A DNA stretch of 64,000 bases from Lama guanicoe (lineage: Eukaryota): the NCBI GenBank assembly GCA_013239625.1, contig MU054526.1, positions 2,656,345 to 2,720,344 of the forward strand. Reading direction: 5' to 3'. Numbering within the stretch: position 1 is the stretch's first letter; each line of letters starts with the position of its first letter. Shown here in pieces: positions 25,810 through 38,800 of the stretch. The notes beneath the pieces are model-generated. The model saw only the letters and a list, made by a program, of their open reading frames with translations, did no database searches and had not been told where the DNA came from. Both the position numbers and the translations under genes were made by a program.

Positions 25810-26880
25810 TCAGAGGCAGGCTGGTGGGCTCGGAGAGGCTGCCTGAGGCCCTCTGGTGCTTCCTCTGTGGCTCCTCTCCAGGCAACAGTGTGTTGAGTCT
25901 GTCTTCTGCTTCAAACCTCCCTGATCTGCAGGCCTGCTCCATCCCCTTCCTGCCTCCAGCCAGGGAAGGTCCTCTGCTTTGGGGGCTCCTGTGATTAGAC
26001 TTGATCCACCCAGAAAAGACGTTTTTTATATATCACCATTGGTAATGGATATGCATTAATGTATCACTCAGTAATCAGTACAAGCTAAATATAGAAATGT
26101 ATATATTTCAAGGAATGGGATTTTGCAGTGCTAAGGGCTGGCAAGCCTGAATTCCGTAGGGCACAGTGGAAACGCTCAGGCAGGACGTGATGCTGCAGTC
26201 CTCAGGCAGAATTTCTTCCCCAGGGAAACCTTCATTTTTTGCTGTTAAAGCCTCTCAACTGATTGGATAAGGCCCACCCACATCCTCAAAGGTCATCTTC
26301 ACTTAGAGTCAGCTGGTGGTAGATGTTAGCCCCACTTGCGTGTCTCCCCAGCCATAGCGAGACTAGCGTTTGGTTGACGAACCAGCTACTACTGCCTGGC
26401 CAAGTGGACACTTCAAACTAACCATTGTGCCAGGATAATCTCCCTATTTTAAGGGCCCTAAATTCATTTTATTTTTTATTTATTTTTTTTATTGAAATAT
26501 AGTTGATTTAACATGCTGTGTTAGTTTCAGGTGTACAGCATAGCTAGATACATATATTCATTCTTTATTCAGATTCTTTTCCATTATAGTTTATTACAGG
26601 ATACTGAATTAAGGTTCCTAACTTTTTCTTGTTTTGAAGTATAATCCGTTTACAATGTTGTGTAAATTTCTGGTGCAGGGCATCATGTCCCAGTCATACA
26701 CACACATACATATATTTGTTCTCATATTCTTTTTCATGAAAGGTTATTACAAGATGTTGGCTATAGTTCCCTGTTAAGTTTCCTAACTTGAAGCACATCT
26801 GCGGATCCCTTTGCTACTGATACAGTACACTCACAGGTTTCAGGGGTTCATGCCTGGGCATCTTTAGAGATGCATTCTGT
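25810..26880 (-). mobile_element. Nested MLT1/MLT2 LTR fragments with L1 3' ends inserted (about 26465-26775)
   Basis: caactgattggataaggcccacccacat (MLT2-like); ccaggataatctccctattttaag (MLT1-like); T-rich L1 tails with ttagtttcaggtgtacagca. Confidence 0.6.
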
Positions 26881-27447
26881 CAACCCCGGAAGGCAAGCTG
26901 TGGGGGATGCTGGGAGCACGACCAAGCTGGAGAGCCTGAGAGGAGGAGCAGGCAGACAAGAGACATGGGAAACCACACCAGGAAGAGAGGGAAGCAGGGG
27001 CAGCTTGGAGTGTAAGTGGCCTGTGCAGTCACTTGGGGGCCCCATGCTCAGAAGGGCGCTGCAGTTGGTTCAATGATTTCCTGTGATTATCTTGAAACTA
27101 GTAATACTTTTGAATAAGGGACCCCCACGTTTTCATTTCAATGTACCCCACAAACTACTAGCTGGTTCTGGGTTGAAGTGCAGAAGGAGCAGAGGCGTGG
27201 GATAAAGCAGCTGAGAAGGGTGGTACTGAGAGCTAAGAAGACGGGGAGGAACTTGGACCAGGTCTCCAGCAACAGCCACCGGTGGCCCGAGTGAGAGCTG
27301 CCCGAGAAGGCTGGGCAGGCAGAAGCCAGATTGTGGCGGAGGAGGTGAGGGAAAGTGTGAGGAGGTGAGAAAGCGCAGAGAAGTCCGGAGCTGGTTGTGA
27401 AGGGGAGGAGAAAGAGATAGGCTATCCGGAGGGAGAGGTGCGAGTCA

Positions 27448-27800
27448 GAGAAGGAGCTTTGTTTCTTTGCTTGGTTTGGATACGTGTACTGCTATTTTGT
27501 TTCTTTTTTGAAAAAGTAGTTCTTGGTTACAGAAGTGATACCTGAACACAACCTCCTGGGAAAGAGAGAGTTTAAAATAACACTAACTGGTAAGGTTTTG
27601 GTGACCTCGTCCAATCCAATCCCCATGAAGTTAGTTGGCAATATACGCCTTCCTGCCGGGCTGGGCTCTTACAAGCACAGGGACCAGGGTTTCTGCACCT
27701 CGGAGCTGTTGCCATTTGGGGCTGCGTCACTCTGTGGCGGGGACCGTCCTGTGCGCTGTAGGAGGCTCAGCAGTGCCAGGGCTCCACCCACTAGAAGCCA
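27448..27800 (+). repeat. Local direct duplication, copy 1 (includes MER20-like part)
   Basis: Aligns by eye with 29983-30330. Confidence 0.9.
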
Positions 27801-28494
27801 GGGACACCCCTCTCCCTGCAGTTTAGAAACCCACAGTTTCCAAATGGCCCCTGTAGGGGGTGCTATTGCCCCTGGTTGAGAACCGCTGATCTAGAGAGTG
27901 CTCTAAGAAAACACATTTTATGGTAAATACATATTTTAAACACACAAACGAATTTTTAGTGCGTGATCTGGGGCTACCAGTTTTTTTTCCCACGTAGCAG
28001 TTCCTTTGGGGAATCATCCATTATTTCCGCATACAGATTTAAAAAGGAGGCTTGAGTTTCTTTCCGCGTTTTGCAGAAAGTGCGTAACAAGAGCAGCAGC
28101 TAACATTTACCCAGTGCTGAGCGTTTCCTAGGAGCACTGACTCTATGGACAAGGGGAGGTTGGTATTATTATTCCCATTTTGCTGACAGAGAAACTGAGG
28201 CACGGGGAGGGTTTTGTGGTTTGTTTGTTTGTTTTAGTTTTTAGGGAACTTAGCTAATGCAGCTATAAAGTCATGCAGGTGACTTTGAACCTTTGAACTC
28301 AGGCAGGCTGACCCCTTCAGAGGAGAGATGGAAGACACAGGAGAGATATGTCCCATGATAGACAGGACCCCCAAGAGCAGGAAGGAAAAATATCAGCCCA
28401 AGAGAACTTTCTGGAATGATGCGAATGTCCAGTACAGTAGTTAGGCTGTTGGGCACTTGAGATGTGACTGTAGTGGGACTGAGAAACTGCGATT

Positions 28495-29045
28495 TTTTAA
28501 ACTGAAGTAGAGTTGCTTTGTAATGTTGTGTTAGTTTCAGGTGTACAGCAAAGTGATTTAGTTATATATATATATATGCACACACACACATATTCTTTTT
28601 ACTATAGGTTATTACAAGCTATTGAATATAATTCCCTGTGCTATCAGTAGGACCTTGTTGTTTATTTTGTATATAATGGTGTGTATTTGTTAATCCCAAA
28701 CTTCTAATTTATCCCTTCCTCCACCCTTCCCCTTTGATGACCGTAGTTTCTTTTCTATGTCTGTGAGTCTGTTTCTATTTTGTAAGTTTATTTATCTACA
28801 TATAAATGACATCATGTGGTATTTGTCTTTCCCTGCCTGACTTACTTTACTGAGTCTGATTATCTCCAGATCCATCCATGTTGCTGCAAGTGGCATTATT
28901 TTATTGTTTTTAATGGCTAAGTAGTATTCCATTGTATAAATATACCACGACTCCTTTATTGAGTCATCTATTGATGGACATCTGTGTTGCTCCCATGTCT
29001 CGGCTATTGTAAACAGTGCTGCTGTGAACACTGGGGTGCTTGTAT
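28495..29045 (-). mobile_element. LINE-1 3' end
   Basis: Minus-strand ORF MFTAALFTIAETWEQHRCPSIDD..WYIYTMEYY, the L1 ORF2 C-terminus/3' UTR signature. Confidence 0.9.
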
Positions 29046-29982
29046 TTAATTTTTTTTAATGGAAATAGCCACTGGGGGCCAGTGGTCCAGGTATTGGGTA
29101 GCCCAGGTCCAGAGCACTTGAGGTGGGTTTAGCCCAGGGCAGTGGGAGCTGCCTCCCGAAGGAGTAGGAGGAAGGGTGGCAGGGAGACTGCAGCCTGGGC
29201 AGGTGTACAGGTGGGGCGATGCTTGTGAGGATCAACCCCATTGGCCTGGGTCTGGGTGAGGAGGAGTCGGGGGCGGGGGTGGAGGAGGTGAGGTGCTGGC
29301 TTTGCTGTGCTGGCGAGGAAGGGGAAGCTGGTTCAGGCCTGAGCCCCAGAAGAACTGCAGGACCACTTCTACTGAGCACTCGTGTGTGCAGGCCCGGTTC
29401 CAAGCACTTCTCACATATTATCTCCCTTAGGCCTTGTGTCAACCTACATCCGAGGCAGGTACTGCTATGATGTCCATTGAGCAGATGGAGAAACTGAGTC
29501 AGCATGGCAGGGCCTATACCGGAGGCCATGGAGAGTCGCTGGCTGGAAGCATGGTGACCTACGCATGGGCTTGTGGGAATTTCCCCAGCAGATCGGGGGC
29601 GGGGCCGGAGCAGAGGATGCTGACAGGGGAGCCACCCAGAGTTTGAGTTTTACTATTAGGAAGAATTTCCAGCAACCAAGAGGATTTTGCAGGAGCCACA
29701 TCTAGATTCAGAGGAAGCGAGGAGAGAGCCAGAGAGGGTAGGGACAGGGTTAGAGTGAAAGCAATGGAGGGAGTGGGAGGGAGACAGAGACAGAGAGACA
29801 GAGACAACAGAGAGATGCAGAGGAAGAAGAGGGAGAAAGGATCTGTGCCAACAGAAGGAGCCCTGGGACTGTAGCTAGTCCCTGCCTGAGCTCTGCCTCT
29901 GGAGCTCCGGGTTGTGTGAATCTCAGCTCCCTCCTTGCGGCTGAGCCATCTCCCAGTGCCCCCTCCCCCTGCCCCGCAGCTC

Positions 29983-30330
29983 AGAAGGAACTTTGTTTCT
30001 TTGCTTGGCTTGGATACATTTGCTGCTATTTTGTTTCTTTTTGGAAAAGTAATTCTTAGTTACAGAAGTGATACCTGAACACAACCTTGGAAAGAGAGAG
30101 AAAAAAATAACACTAATTGGTAAGGTTTTGGTGACCTCGTCCAATCCAGTCCCTGTGAAGTTAGTTGGCAGTGTACACCTTCCAGCTGGGCTGGGCTCTT
30201 ACAAACACGTGGACCAGGGTTTCTGCACCTTGGAGCTGTTCCCATTTGGGGCTGGGTCACCCTTTGTGGCGAGGACCGTCCTGTGCGCTGTAGGAGGCTC
30301 AGCAGTGCCAGGGCTCCACCTGCTGGATGC
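29983..30330 (+). repeat. Local direct duplication, copy 2
   Basis: Aligns by eye with 27448-27800. Confidence 0.9.
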
Positions 30331-31589
30331 TGGTAGCTCCCTTTGCCCATGGTTTGAACAATCAAGGTTTCCAAATGACCAGGTGTGGTTCCCTCCTCCT
30401 CTGCCCTCAACCCCACCAGGTAAAATTCTTGGGATTTACTGCAGGTTCTGAGAAGGAAAGGATTATTTTGGTACAATTCTCCAAGCTGAGGAAATAGGGA
30501 AGGACCAAGAGAAAACTGCTGCAAACTCCTGGCCAACATATTCTGAGCCTGGATCTTCCATCTGGTAGTGGGAGTGGGGGATTCCTAAGGTTACTCCTGC
30601 CTTGCCCCTAAATGTGGGCAGGTGGGATCATGGCAAAAGCCCATGCCTTGGTGTCAGGCAGCCCCGGCTTGGAGTCCCAGTTCCAACTCTCGCCTGTGCG
30701 GTCCCAGGCAAGTCACTTTTAAACTCTTAGCTTAATTTTCTTCATCTGTGTCACACGTCTAAAGAACCTAACAGAAATCCTAGTCAAAATTCATAAAAGC
30801 AGCTATCATTATCAAATACAAGCAGTTTCTCAGGCTGTGTCTAGGCACGTGACGAGGATGATAATATGACAGTAGTAACAGCAGGAGCACCTCACGCTCC
30901 TGAACAAGGGCTCAGGAAACATCAGGCACTCTTCTCCACACATCCGTCTACACACTTTTTAGTTTCTCACCAAAGCCCTATGAAGCAGGTGCTAGCATTA
31001 TCCTGATTTAATAGACGACAAAGTAGAGGCTTGTGAGTGACTCTCCCCAGCTCACGTAGTTAATTAAAAGGTAGAAATATGATCACACCCCACGATGCCT
31101 GGCTCCACATCCTGCCCTCCTAGCTACACTGCTTGCCTCCTGTAAGAAACAGAACATAGTAATCTCTTACCAGCAAGCCTCCAAACATTCTTGTGACGCA
31201 GACACCATTAGTATTGCCATTTTACAGAAAAGCGAAGTGAGCCTCCGAGAGGCGAAATGACATTGCCCAGCACACAGAGCTCGGAAGAATCAGATCTAGG
31301 ATTTGAAACGAGCTTGGTGTGACCCCAGTCTGTTACCTTTTGGTTATGCCCGATAGCTGGTATCCGGAGCCTGGTCTGGTTCTGAAGCAGGTAGGGGAGA
31401 ACTAACATTGTATAACACCCTGGGCTGTTCCCGTGCTCGTGATGCTGCATGTGGGACCAACGTCCCGAACTTCTGAAGTTTATCGCTATTCGGGATGCAG
31501 ATTGTGAAGGGAGTTTGAATCATTGTCACTTTCTGCCATCCCATGTATTTTTCCAACTTGCCTTCAGGCTCTGACTGAATGTCTTTTAT

Positions 31590-32945
31590 TTGACTCCTGC
31601 ATGATGATTATATAGGTGGACCAAAGATGGGGACTCAGCTGATGCTAACTTGCCAGCTGGGTTATCAGAAAAAGGTGGAGGCTGTGTTGCCCTCATAGAC
31701 TCTAACCATGGTGCTGAAACTAGACTCATCCGTCACATCCCAATCAGCACCGTGGACAGCAACAGCAGACCCCACCTTCCTGGGGTTGGGTCCTGATGGG
31801 TGAAAGGGGAAGAGCGTCTAGATGGAGCTGCGGGGGTGTTAGGGCCACCCAGAGAAGGATCCGGCATCGTTTAGGAGGCTGGGAACTCAATATGAAGACG
31901 AGAATCCAACTGACCACAGAATGCTGTCATCTGGAGAAGATAATGTGTTTTCTCCTCGACACTGGGGGAGGCAGAGAGGCAGCAAACCTGGAAGCACCCT
32001 AGGACTTGGCTTGGCCATAATGTTGTCTTTTGTGAATGTATATGGTGAGTGCAGTGAGAATGTATGCATGAAACGTCAGTTGTGTTATCTGCTTTACAAG
32101 CATTACATCATTATTTTTTTTCCTATTGCAGAAAATTTTTGCTAGTGGGGCACTAAGAGTAATAGTGAGTGGTGCCACTCCCATTTCCAGCCCTTGATTC
32201 TTGGACCCATGAATCCCGGCCATGTGAGAGAAAACAGCAACATATACTGGCTGCTGATTCAGAGTCTATGTAGCCTTCTGAAGGACCTTGCCCAGGCCTG
32301 CGAGGTATTGCTACTTAGCTGATACTGTAACTGAGCTGTCAAAAGGCCACTCCTTCATTCTATCACTCCGGTTGCCCCAAGATGGTGAGGAACATGGAAA
32401 GGCCAGTGAATTCCATGAGCATGAGCCCGTTGCCACACTTCTTTCACTGTGAAGTGAGTTCCTTGGTCAGAATACTGTGTGGGATACCATGATAGTGGAT
32501 ATAGCATTCTGTAAGTCCACAGACAGTAGTTTTAGCAGAAGATAAGGCAAGTTTGGAGGCACAGTAAGTGTCAACTGCAGTAGAAACAAGACGCTCCTTC
32601 CAGGAGGGAGTGGTCCAGCCTATCAAACCTGCCACCAGGTAGCCAGCTGCTCACCCTGGGAAACAGTGCCACATCAGGGATGGTGTTGGGTTCTGCTGTT
32701 GACAGTTCAGACTCTCAGCAGTGGCTGTAGCCAGGTCAGCCTGCACCTGCTCCAGATCCACTGGGGTTGCTAAAGCTGTCACCCCACTCAGTCCTCAAGG
32801 AGTGAAAACAGGGTTTGTTCCCAGCCAGGATGGCTATGGAGTGGGGAGCATCCTGCCACTGTCCTGGGAAGTAAGAAGCGCCTCGTTTAGTCTTGAATTT
32901 TGCCTTCACAGAAATCACCTAGATAAGAGAAAGGAGAAAACTTAA
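31590..32945 (-). mobile_element. ERV-L internal (pol/integrase) relic
   Basis: Degenerate peptide ..VDTY....TTVCGLTECYIHYHGIPHSI.. (32444-32635) and GSKNQGLEMGVAPLTIT (31999-32223) resemble ERV-L pol. Confidence 0.7.
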
Positions 32946-32964
32946 TTGTTCCATGACGGACTGC

Positions 32965-33210
32965 AATTTTCTTCTTCTTTTCTTTTCTTTTTTTTCCTGT
33001 CCAACTCTTTTATTTTTATTTTTCAATTTTTAGATTTTTTCTAGGGAGAGGTAATTAGGTTTCAAGTGGTAGAGTTTGTGCTTAGCATGCATGAGGTCCT
33101 GGGCTCAATCCCCAGTGCTTCCATTAATAAATAAATAAATAAACCCAATTACCTTCCATCCCAAAAAAACAAAAACCAACAAAAATAAAAATAAACAAAG
33201 CATAAAAAAA
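32965..33210. mobile_element. Fused Vic-1-like SINE pieces (minus-strand tail + 5'-truncated plus-strand copy)
   Basis: T-rich tract + ggagaggtaattaggttt (to 33062) joined to agtggtagag..cttagcatgcatgaggtcctgggctcaatcccc + A tail. Confidence 0.8.
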
Positions 33211-33389
33211 TAGTTGGTCAGAATCCTACAGTGCACAAGACAGCCCTCACCACAGAGAATAATGCAGCTCAAAACATCAATAGTGCCCAGGTTGAGAGAC
33301 CCTCGCTTATATCCCGGCCCCAACGCCTCTAACCAGGTAATGATTCTGGCCTCTTTTCTTGTCATACTCTCACACTAAAGTTTTGCTCT

Positions 33390-34037
33390 AGATACACAGA
33401 ATTTAAAGCAAATGCATGGAGGAACTCTAATTTGAAAAGAGACAAGCTCCCCAGTGTTCATAGCGGCACTACTTACAGCAGCCAAGGCATGGAATCAGCC
33501 TTAATGTCCATGGACTGATGACTGGATAACGAAGTCATGGTATATTTATACAACAGAATACTACTCAGCTACAAAAAAACAATAAAATAATGCCATTTGC
33601 AGCAACATGAATGGATCTGGAGATTGTCATTCTAAGTGAAGTAAGCCAGAAAGAGAAGGGAAAATACCATATGATGTCAGTCATATGTGGAATCTTATAA
33701 AAAAAAAAAAGAAAAAAGAGGACACTAACGAACTCACCTACAAAACAGAAACAGACTCACAGACATAGTAAACAGTCTTACAGTTACTGGGGGAGATGGC
33801 GCGGGAGGGATAAATTTGGAAAATTGAGATTTATAAATGTTACCCACTATATATAAAAATAGATAAAAAGCAAGTTTCTTTGTATAGCACAGGGAACTCT
33901 ATTCAACAGTGTATAATAACTTCTAATGAAAAAAAATGAGAATGAATGTATGTACATATATGCATACCTGGGACATTGTGCTGGACACCAGAAATGGACA
34001 TGCTGTAACTGACTGTACTTCAACAAATAAATAAAGC
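33390..34037 (+). mobile_element. LINE-1 3' end (relatively young)
   Basis: tgttcatagcggcactacttaca...tgccatttgcagcaacatg..gtatagcacagggaact...aataaa tail. Confidence 0.9.
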
Positions 34038-34399
34038 AAATGCAATGTAATTCTTCATAGTTTACCCAACTCAGAACTAGTTGTGTTTGCTCAGAATCCA
34101 TGTTCAAAAAAAAAAAATCCCCCTTCATATTACCATCAGGCTGAATCCCTGGTTTACTACCAGCATTGCCATTTGAGGAATATCGGTTGCTGTCTCTCAC
34201 CCATCTGGCCCCAAGCCCGGGGCCGGCTTCCAGGCCACTCAATCCCTTTAGGATTTTGCATATGCTGCTGCACCAGCCTGCCCTTCCCTGGTTCCAATGC
34301 CACTAGGGGGAGATGGGAAGACAACCCATGTAGCAGGTTATTTTAAATGCACTCAACAGCTTGCTGCAAATGTAAAAGATACCATAGTATTAAATACTT

Positions 34400-34814
34400 G
34401 GAGGGGGATCAGGGACTTCCCATTATAAATATGAGGAAATGTTGGCATTAAGTGGTGCAATGCTTTGCCCAAGAACGGACGGTTGTTGTGTGGAGCTGAG
34501 ACTGACAGTCAAGTCAGCTTGCCGCACAAACCCACGTTCTGCTTGTCCCGTAGGTTGAGAATGAGGCTCCCCGTCAGGCGGTGCGTCAGGAGATGAGTTC
34601 AAGCTCCTGATTTGGAAGCCAGGTCTCCCCTCTGTCTCATCAGTGGGAAGTGTGGAAAGGAGGGGAGAGGGAGCTCTTCCCCTTTGTGTGAGGCAGCTGA
34701 TCTGGAAACTCCACGAAGGGCCCCCGGCCAGCACACCCTCTTCTCTTGTGTCATCTGGAGGCTCTGTCCTTCCTCCACAAATGCCAGGACGGCGCCGGCT
34801 GCAGGGGCTGAGCC
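34400..34814 (+). promoter_or_regulatory. Putative promoter of the LAIR-like gene
   Basis: kB-like GGGACTTCCC 34412-34421 next to PU.1/ETS core GAGGAA 34433-34438; further GGAA cores before the ATG. Confidence 0.4.
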
Positions 34815-37333
34815 ATGTCCCTCCATCCCACCGGCCTCCTGGGCCTCGGTGAGTCCTGGAGCGGAGGGGCAGGATTCCGGGGAGAAAGGGATCTGCCTCC
34901 CAGCTCAGTGCTGACTCCAGCCCAGGAGATGCCAGGACCCTCGGGGAGCAGGTGGAGCCCCCAGGTCTGTCCCTTAGCTCTGGCCAAGACGGAAGTCTGA
35001 CCACGGAAGGTTCAGTCCTAGAAATGGGTACCTGGGTGTGGGGTTGAGTTTTCAGACTGCGAGGGGCTGGGAGAGGGGGGAAGACGCCTGCTTGAAAGCG
35101 GGGTTTGGGGGGTTACGTTGAAGCTGTCTCAGAGGGAGGAGAAGGCTTGTACTCAGGTGTAATGTGAGGGAGGGGGGCTGGAAGTTATGGGAAGGTGGCC
35201 CCCGTTTCCTCCCCGAGCCCTCTGTGACTGCAGCCCCAGGAGGAACCCGGGCGGAGGGTGTTTTTCTCATTGGACCTTCCCTTCCAGTGCTCTGTCTGGG
35301 CCAGATGATCTGCGCACAGGAGGGTGAGTCTTCTCCCCGACCACCCCCCTACCCCGCACCCAGGACAGATCCAGATGGTAGACGGGAGTGTGTGCTGATC
35401 CTGGGGAGGGGGCTGGGGACCCTGACCTAGACCCTGAATTGCACATAACCCTCCCCCAGGCCCCTCCCCCATTCTCCACCTCCGCGCCCTATGGTCCCAC
35501 GGAGACAGTTCCGGTCCCTCAGGACCAGGCTGAGCCCACGAGCTGTCCCCACACAAGCCCGGACCCCCCTCGGCAGCCCCTGGGCCGAGGACACGACCTC
35601 GCCAGGGCAGAACCTGAGACTCGTCCTTAACCCCGTCTTCTCCATCCTCCCGGACACAACACAGCCCCGGGGATGCGGTGTGAAATGATCGTTTTAAAGT
35701 TTTGCTTACATTTTACCCCATGTATACTTTTTACTTTCATTTTCCTGAGAGTCCCCTCACAGCTGATCTGCAGGCAGACTGAGACCCAGGCCTCTCTCTT
35801 TGCTCTGCGTCTGTCTGTCCCCACGAGCTCAGGCCCACTTCTCTCTCACATCTCGGTTTTCTTTCACTTTGTAAATGCCGTCTGCCCACTCAGCTCCGGG
35901 CCTCCTCACAGGCCGACTTCTCCACCTTGAGTGCCCGCTTGTCCCCCAGCCCTCAGCTCGGCTGATTCGCACCCGACCTCTGACCTCCCAGAGGCGGGCA
36001 GCCCTGCCTCCCGCCGGCCCCGCGATGCCCACGCTCGCCTGAGGGCACGTTGCACGCTTGTACCCGTGGACTCACACACTTTCAGCCCCAGGACGGCGGG
36101 GACCCGGGGGTGTTTCTCGTATCTGAAGCCAGCGGCGCAGGGAGGCACCTGCACGTGGATGGACGGGAACTGAGACGTGGCTGGAGGAGACGACGAGTGA
36201 ATGAAGGAGGGAGTGGGCGAGTGAGCGGCCCTCCAGCTCCCTGCCCCTACCGGGGGTTTTGCTGACTGCGAGGCCAAGTTCCTGTTTCAGGGCTTCAGAC
36301 CCTCTCTCCCCCCACCGCCTCCAGCCTGGTTGAGACAGATGGCGTTTCCAGAGCCTCAGTCACAGGAAACGGAAACAAGCTGAGACGAGGGTAGAAAATA
36401 CAGAGAGAGCCCAGGGATGGCTGCTGGCTGCCCTGAGGACTCGCTCTGGAGACGGGGCTCCTCGCCTGCTGGGGTCTGCGCTCCGCTCCTCCTCACCCAC
36501 TGCCCGCACTTCAGCTGTGGCTTTGCAGCCTGAGCCCCACACCCCTCACGGTGCCCCCCACCCCGGGACTGGCAGCTGCCCTCCAAACCCAGCCCGGGTC
36601 ATTCCTGCCGCCCAGCCTCCCGCTTCCTTGTCCCAGGAACAACCCTGTCATTCCTGTCCTGTGCGGCCCTCCCTGCCCTCGCTGTCCCCCTAGAGTGGCT
36701 GTGGGCTGGGAGGGAGCCGCCCCCTGGGCAGACATGCCTGGGACCCAGCCTGCTCTCAACCCTCCCATGTCACCCTGAGCAAGATGTGACCAAGACTCGG
36801 TCGTTAAGTCAAGTGCGGGAAGTAACTCTGCAGTGATGGGAATTCATGTGCTCATAGAATGGGCAAGGGGGGGGGTCTTTTGTGGAGGATGATGGAAATG
36901 TTATAGAATTGGGTTGTGGTGATGGTGGTTGCACAGCTTTGCAAGGTTCCTTAAAAAAAAAAAAGGTGACCTGACCCAGTAAAACAGGTGAATTGTGTGA
37001 TGTGATCATTTCCATGTCTCGGCCCTCCTAGGGATGCTGCCCAGACCCTCCATCTCAGCTGAGCCAGACTCTGTGATCCCCAGGGGCCGGCCTGTGACCA
37101 TCGTGTGCCAGGGCCCTGCTGGGGTTGCGACATTTCGCTTGGAGAATGAGGAGGATACAAATGACTTCAAGGATATGCGTGCCAGCTCTCCACTTGGTCC
37201 CCACCAGACAGAGGCCAGATTCCGCATCCTGGCTGTGAGTGAAGGCACTGGCACGCACTACCGCTGCCGCTACATAAAAGAGCATGTCTGGTCTGAGCTC
37301 ATGGTGGTGAGTCCCTGGAGCTGGTGGTGACAG
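34815..37333 (+). pseudogene. LAIR-like (LAIR1/LAIR2 family) Ig receptor gene, frameshifted at the end of the Ig exon
   Basis: Exons 34815-34848, 35288-35323 and 37032-37333 give MSLHPTGLLGLVLCLGQMICAQEGMLPRPSISAEPDSVIPRGRPVTIVCQGPAGVATFRLE...EARFRILAVSEGTGTHYRCRY..WSE, close to LAIR1. Extra TGGTG at 37302-37306 leads to TGA at 37328-37330. Confidence 0.8.
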
Positions 37334-38701
37334 GTGAGGTCCTCTCTGCTGCCCTCAGACTTGCCCAGGTCCCTGGTCCCTGTCCCCAGCTGTGTCCTCT
37401 GTCTGTAGACTCCCCCGCCCTCCTGTTGGCCCATCAAACCCTCTGCTTCCCTCTCCCCTCTGCACACACGTCCCTCTGCCTTCACACCTGGCTCAGGTCC
37501 CTGGACCCTGGTCTCAGCTGGACACAGCCCCAGCAGCAGGGTGGGCACAGAGCTGGCCCTGCGGGGCTGGTGGGGAGTGGGCCTCCAGAGATGGGGTGGG
37601 ACAGAGCCCCCTCAAGGAACCCGTGTCTTGGTCCCCAGGATGGTGTTCCACTGGGCAGGATCTGTGTGGTCCCAGGAGGTGTGTCTCTGTGATGTGGTCC
37701 ATCCTCTGCTGGGCAAGCCACATGGTCGAGGGCAGCTCTGACCAGGGCTGCATGGTTCTTTGGGGGTCTTTGGGGATGAGGTCATCCCTGTCCCTGTGTG
37801 TGATCAGCCTCCAAGATGTCCCACAGTCAGGATCCACGGGGATCCCCTTAGGGCGGGACGGAGGGAGAGAAGGAGGCAGGCCTTCTCCCCTTAAAGCCTG
37901 TGTTTCCTCTCCCATTTTTCTTTATTCTGCTGTGACATACAGATGCCATAAATAAGATGCCCAGTGGCCCCTGCTCCAGGCTTGGGCGTATCCACCTAGG
38001 TAATGTGACTCTGTGAGACCCCCCACCGACCTGGGGGAAGCTACAGGTGCACAGTGGCCCCTGTAGGTGAAGTCAGCCCTCGGAACCCTTGAGCCCGTGG
38101 CCACGTGAGGTGGCTCTGCCCACACCGTTTTCCATGCCCCTGAGATCAGCTGCTTGGTGCTAAGGCAGCGAGTGGGGCAGGAGGTTCTGAGGGAGTGTGC
38201 AGCCGCCCATAGGAGAGGAAGCAGAGACAGTGCCAGCCTGAGCCCCCCAGTGTCTCCCTGTCCCCCTTCCCAGAGTCTACACTTTAGAGGTGGAGAGACA
38301 GAAGCAGCTGGGCTGACGCTGGGGGAGGGGAGGGACCAGGCTCATGGGACAGAGCGAGGGGCTTGGGCTCAGTGCTCCTACCGCCCGTTCACAGGAGTCC
38401 CTGGACCTCAGCGCCCCACAGGGGGCCCCCTTGTCGGCTGGAGAACAGCCAATCTCAGCCTGGGACGTCCCCTCCTAGGGGCTTGGCTGGGGAGTGGGCA
38501 GTGGGGTGGCCCCTCAGCCTGATCTGTTTGCAGGCAGGCCTGGGTTTGGGGGTCAGGGACTGACAGTCTCTGAGTATTAGGCCCAGACTCATTGTCCCAG
38601 CTCAGCACACCAGACAGGATGTGTGGACCCTCAAGGAAGGGGTTTCCTGGGGGGAGACCCAGAGACAGTGACAGCATCAGAGAGAAGCTGCATCCAGGCG
38701 G

Positions 38702-38800
38702 AGTGTGTGTGTGTGTATGTGTGTGTGTGTGTTTCTGTGTGTCTGTATCTGTAGATAGATAGACAGACAGACAGATGGATGGATAGATACATATGTATAA
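38702..38800. repeat. (TG)n / (GATA,GACA,GATG)n compound microsatellite
   Basis: Directly visible. Confidence 0.9.
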
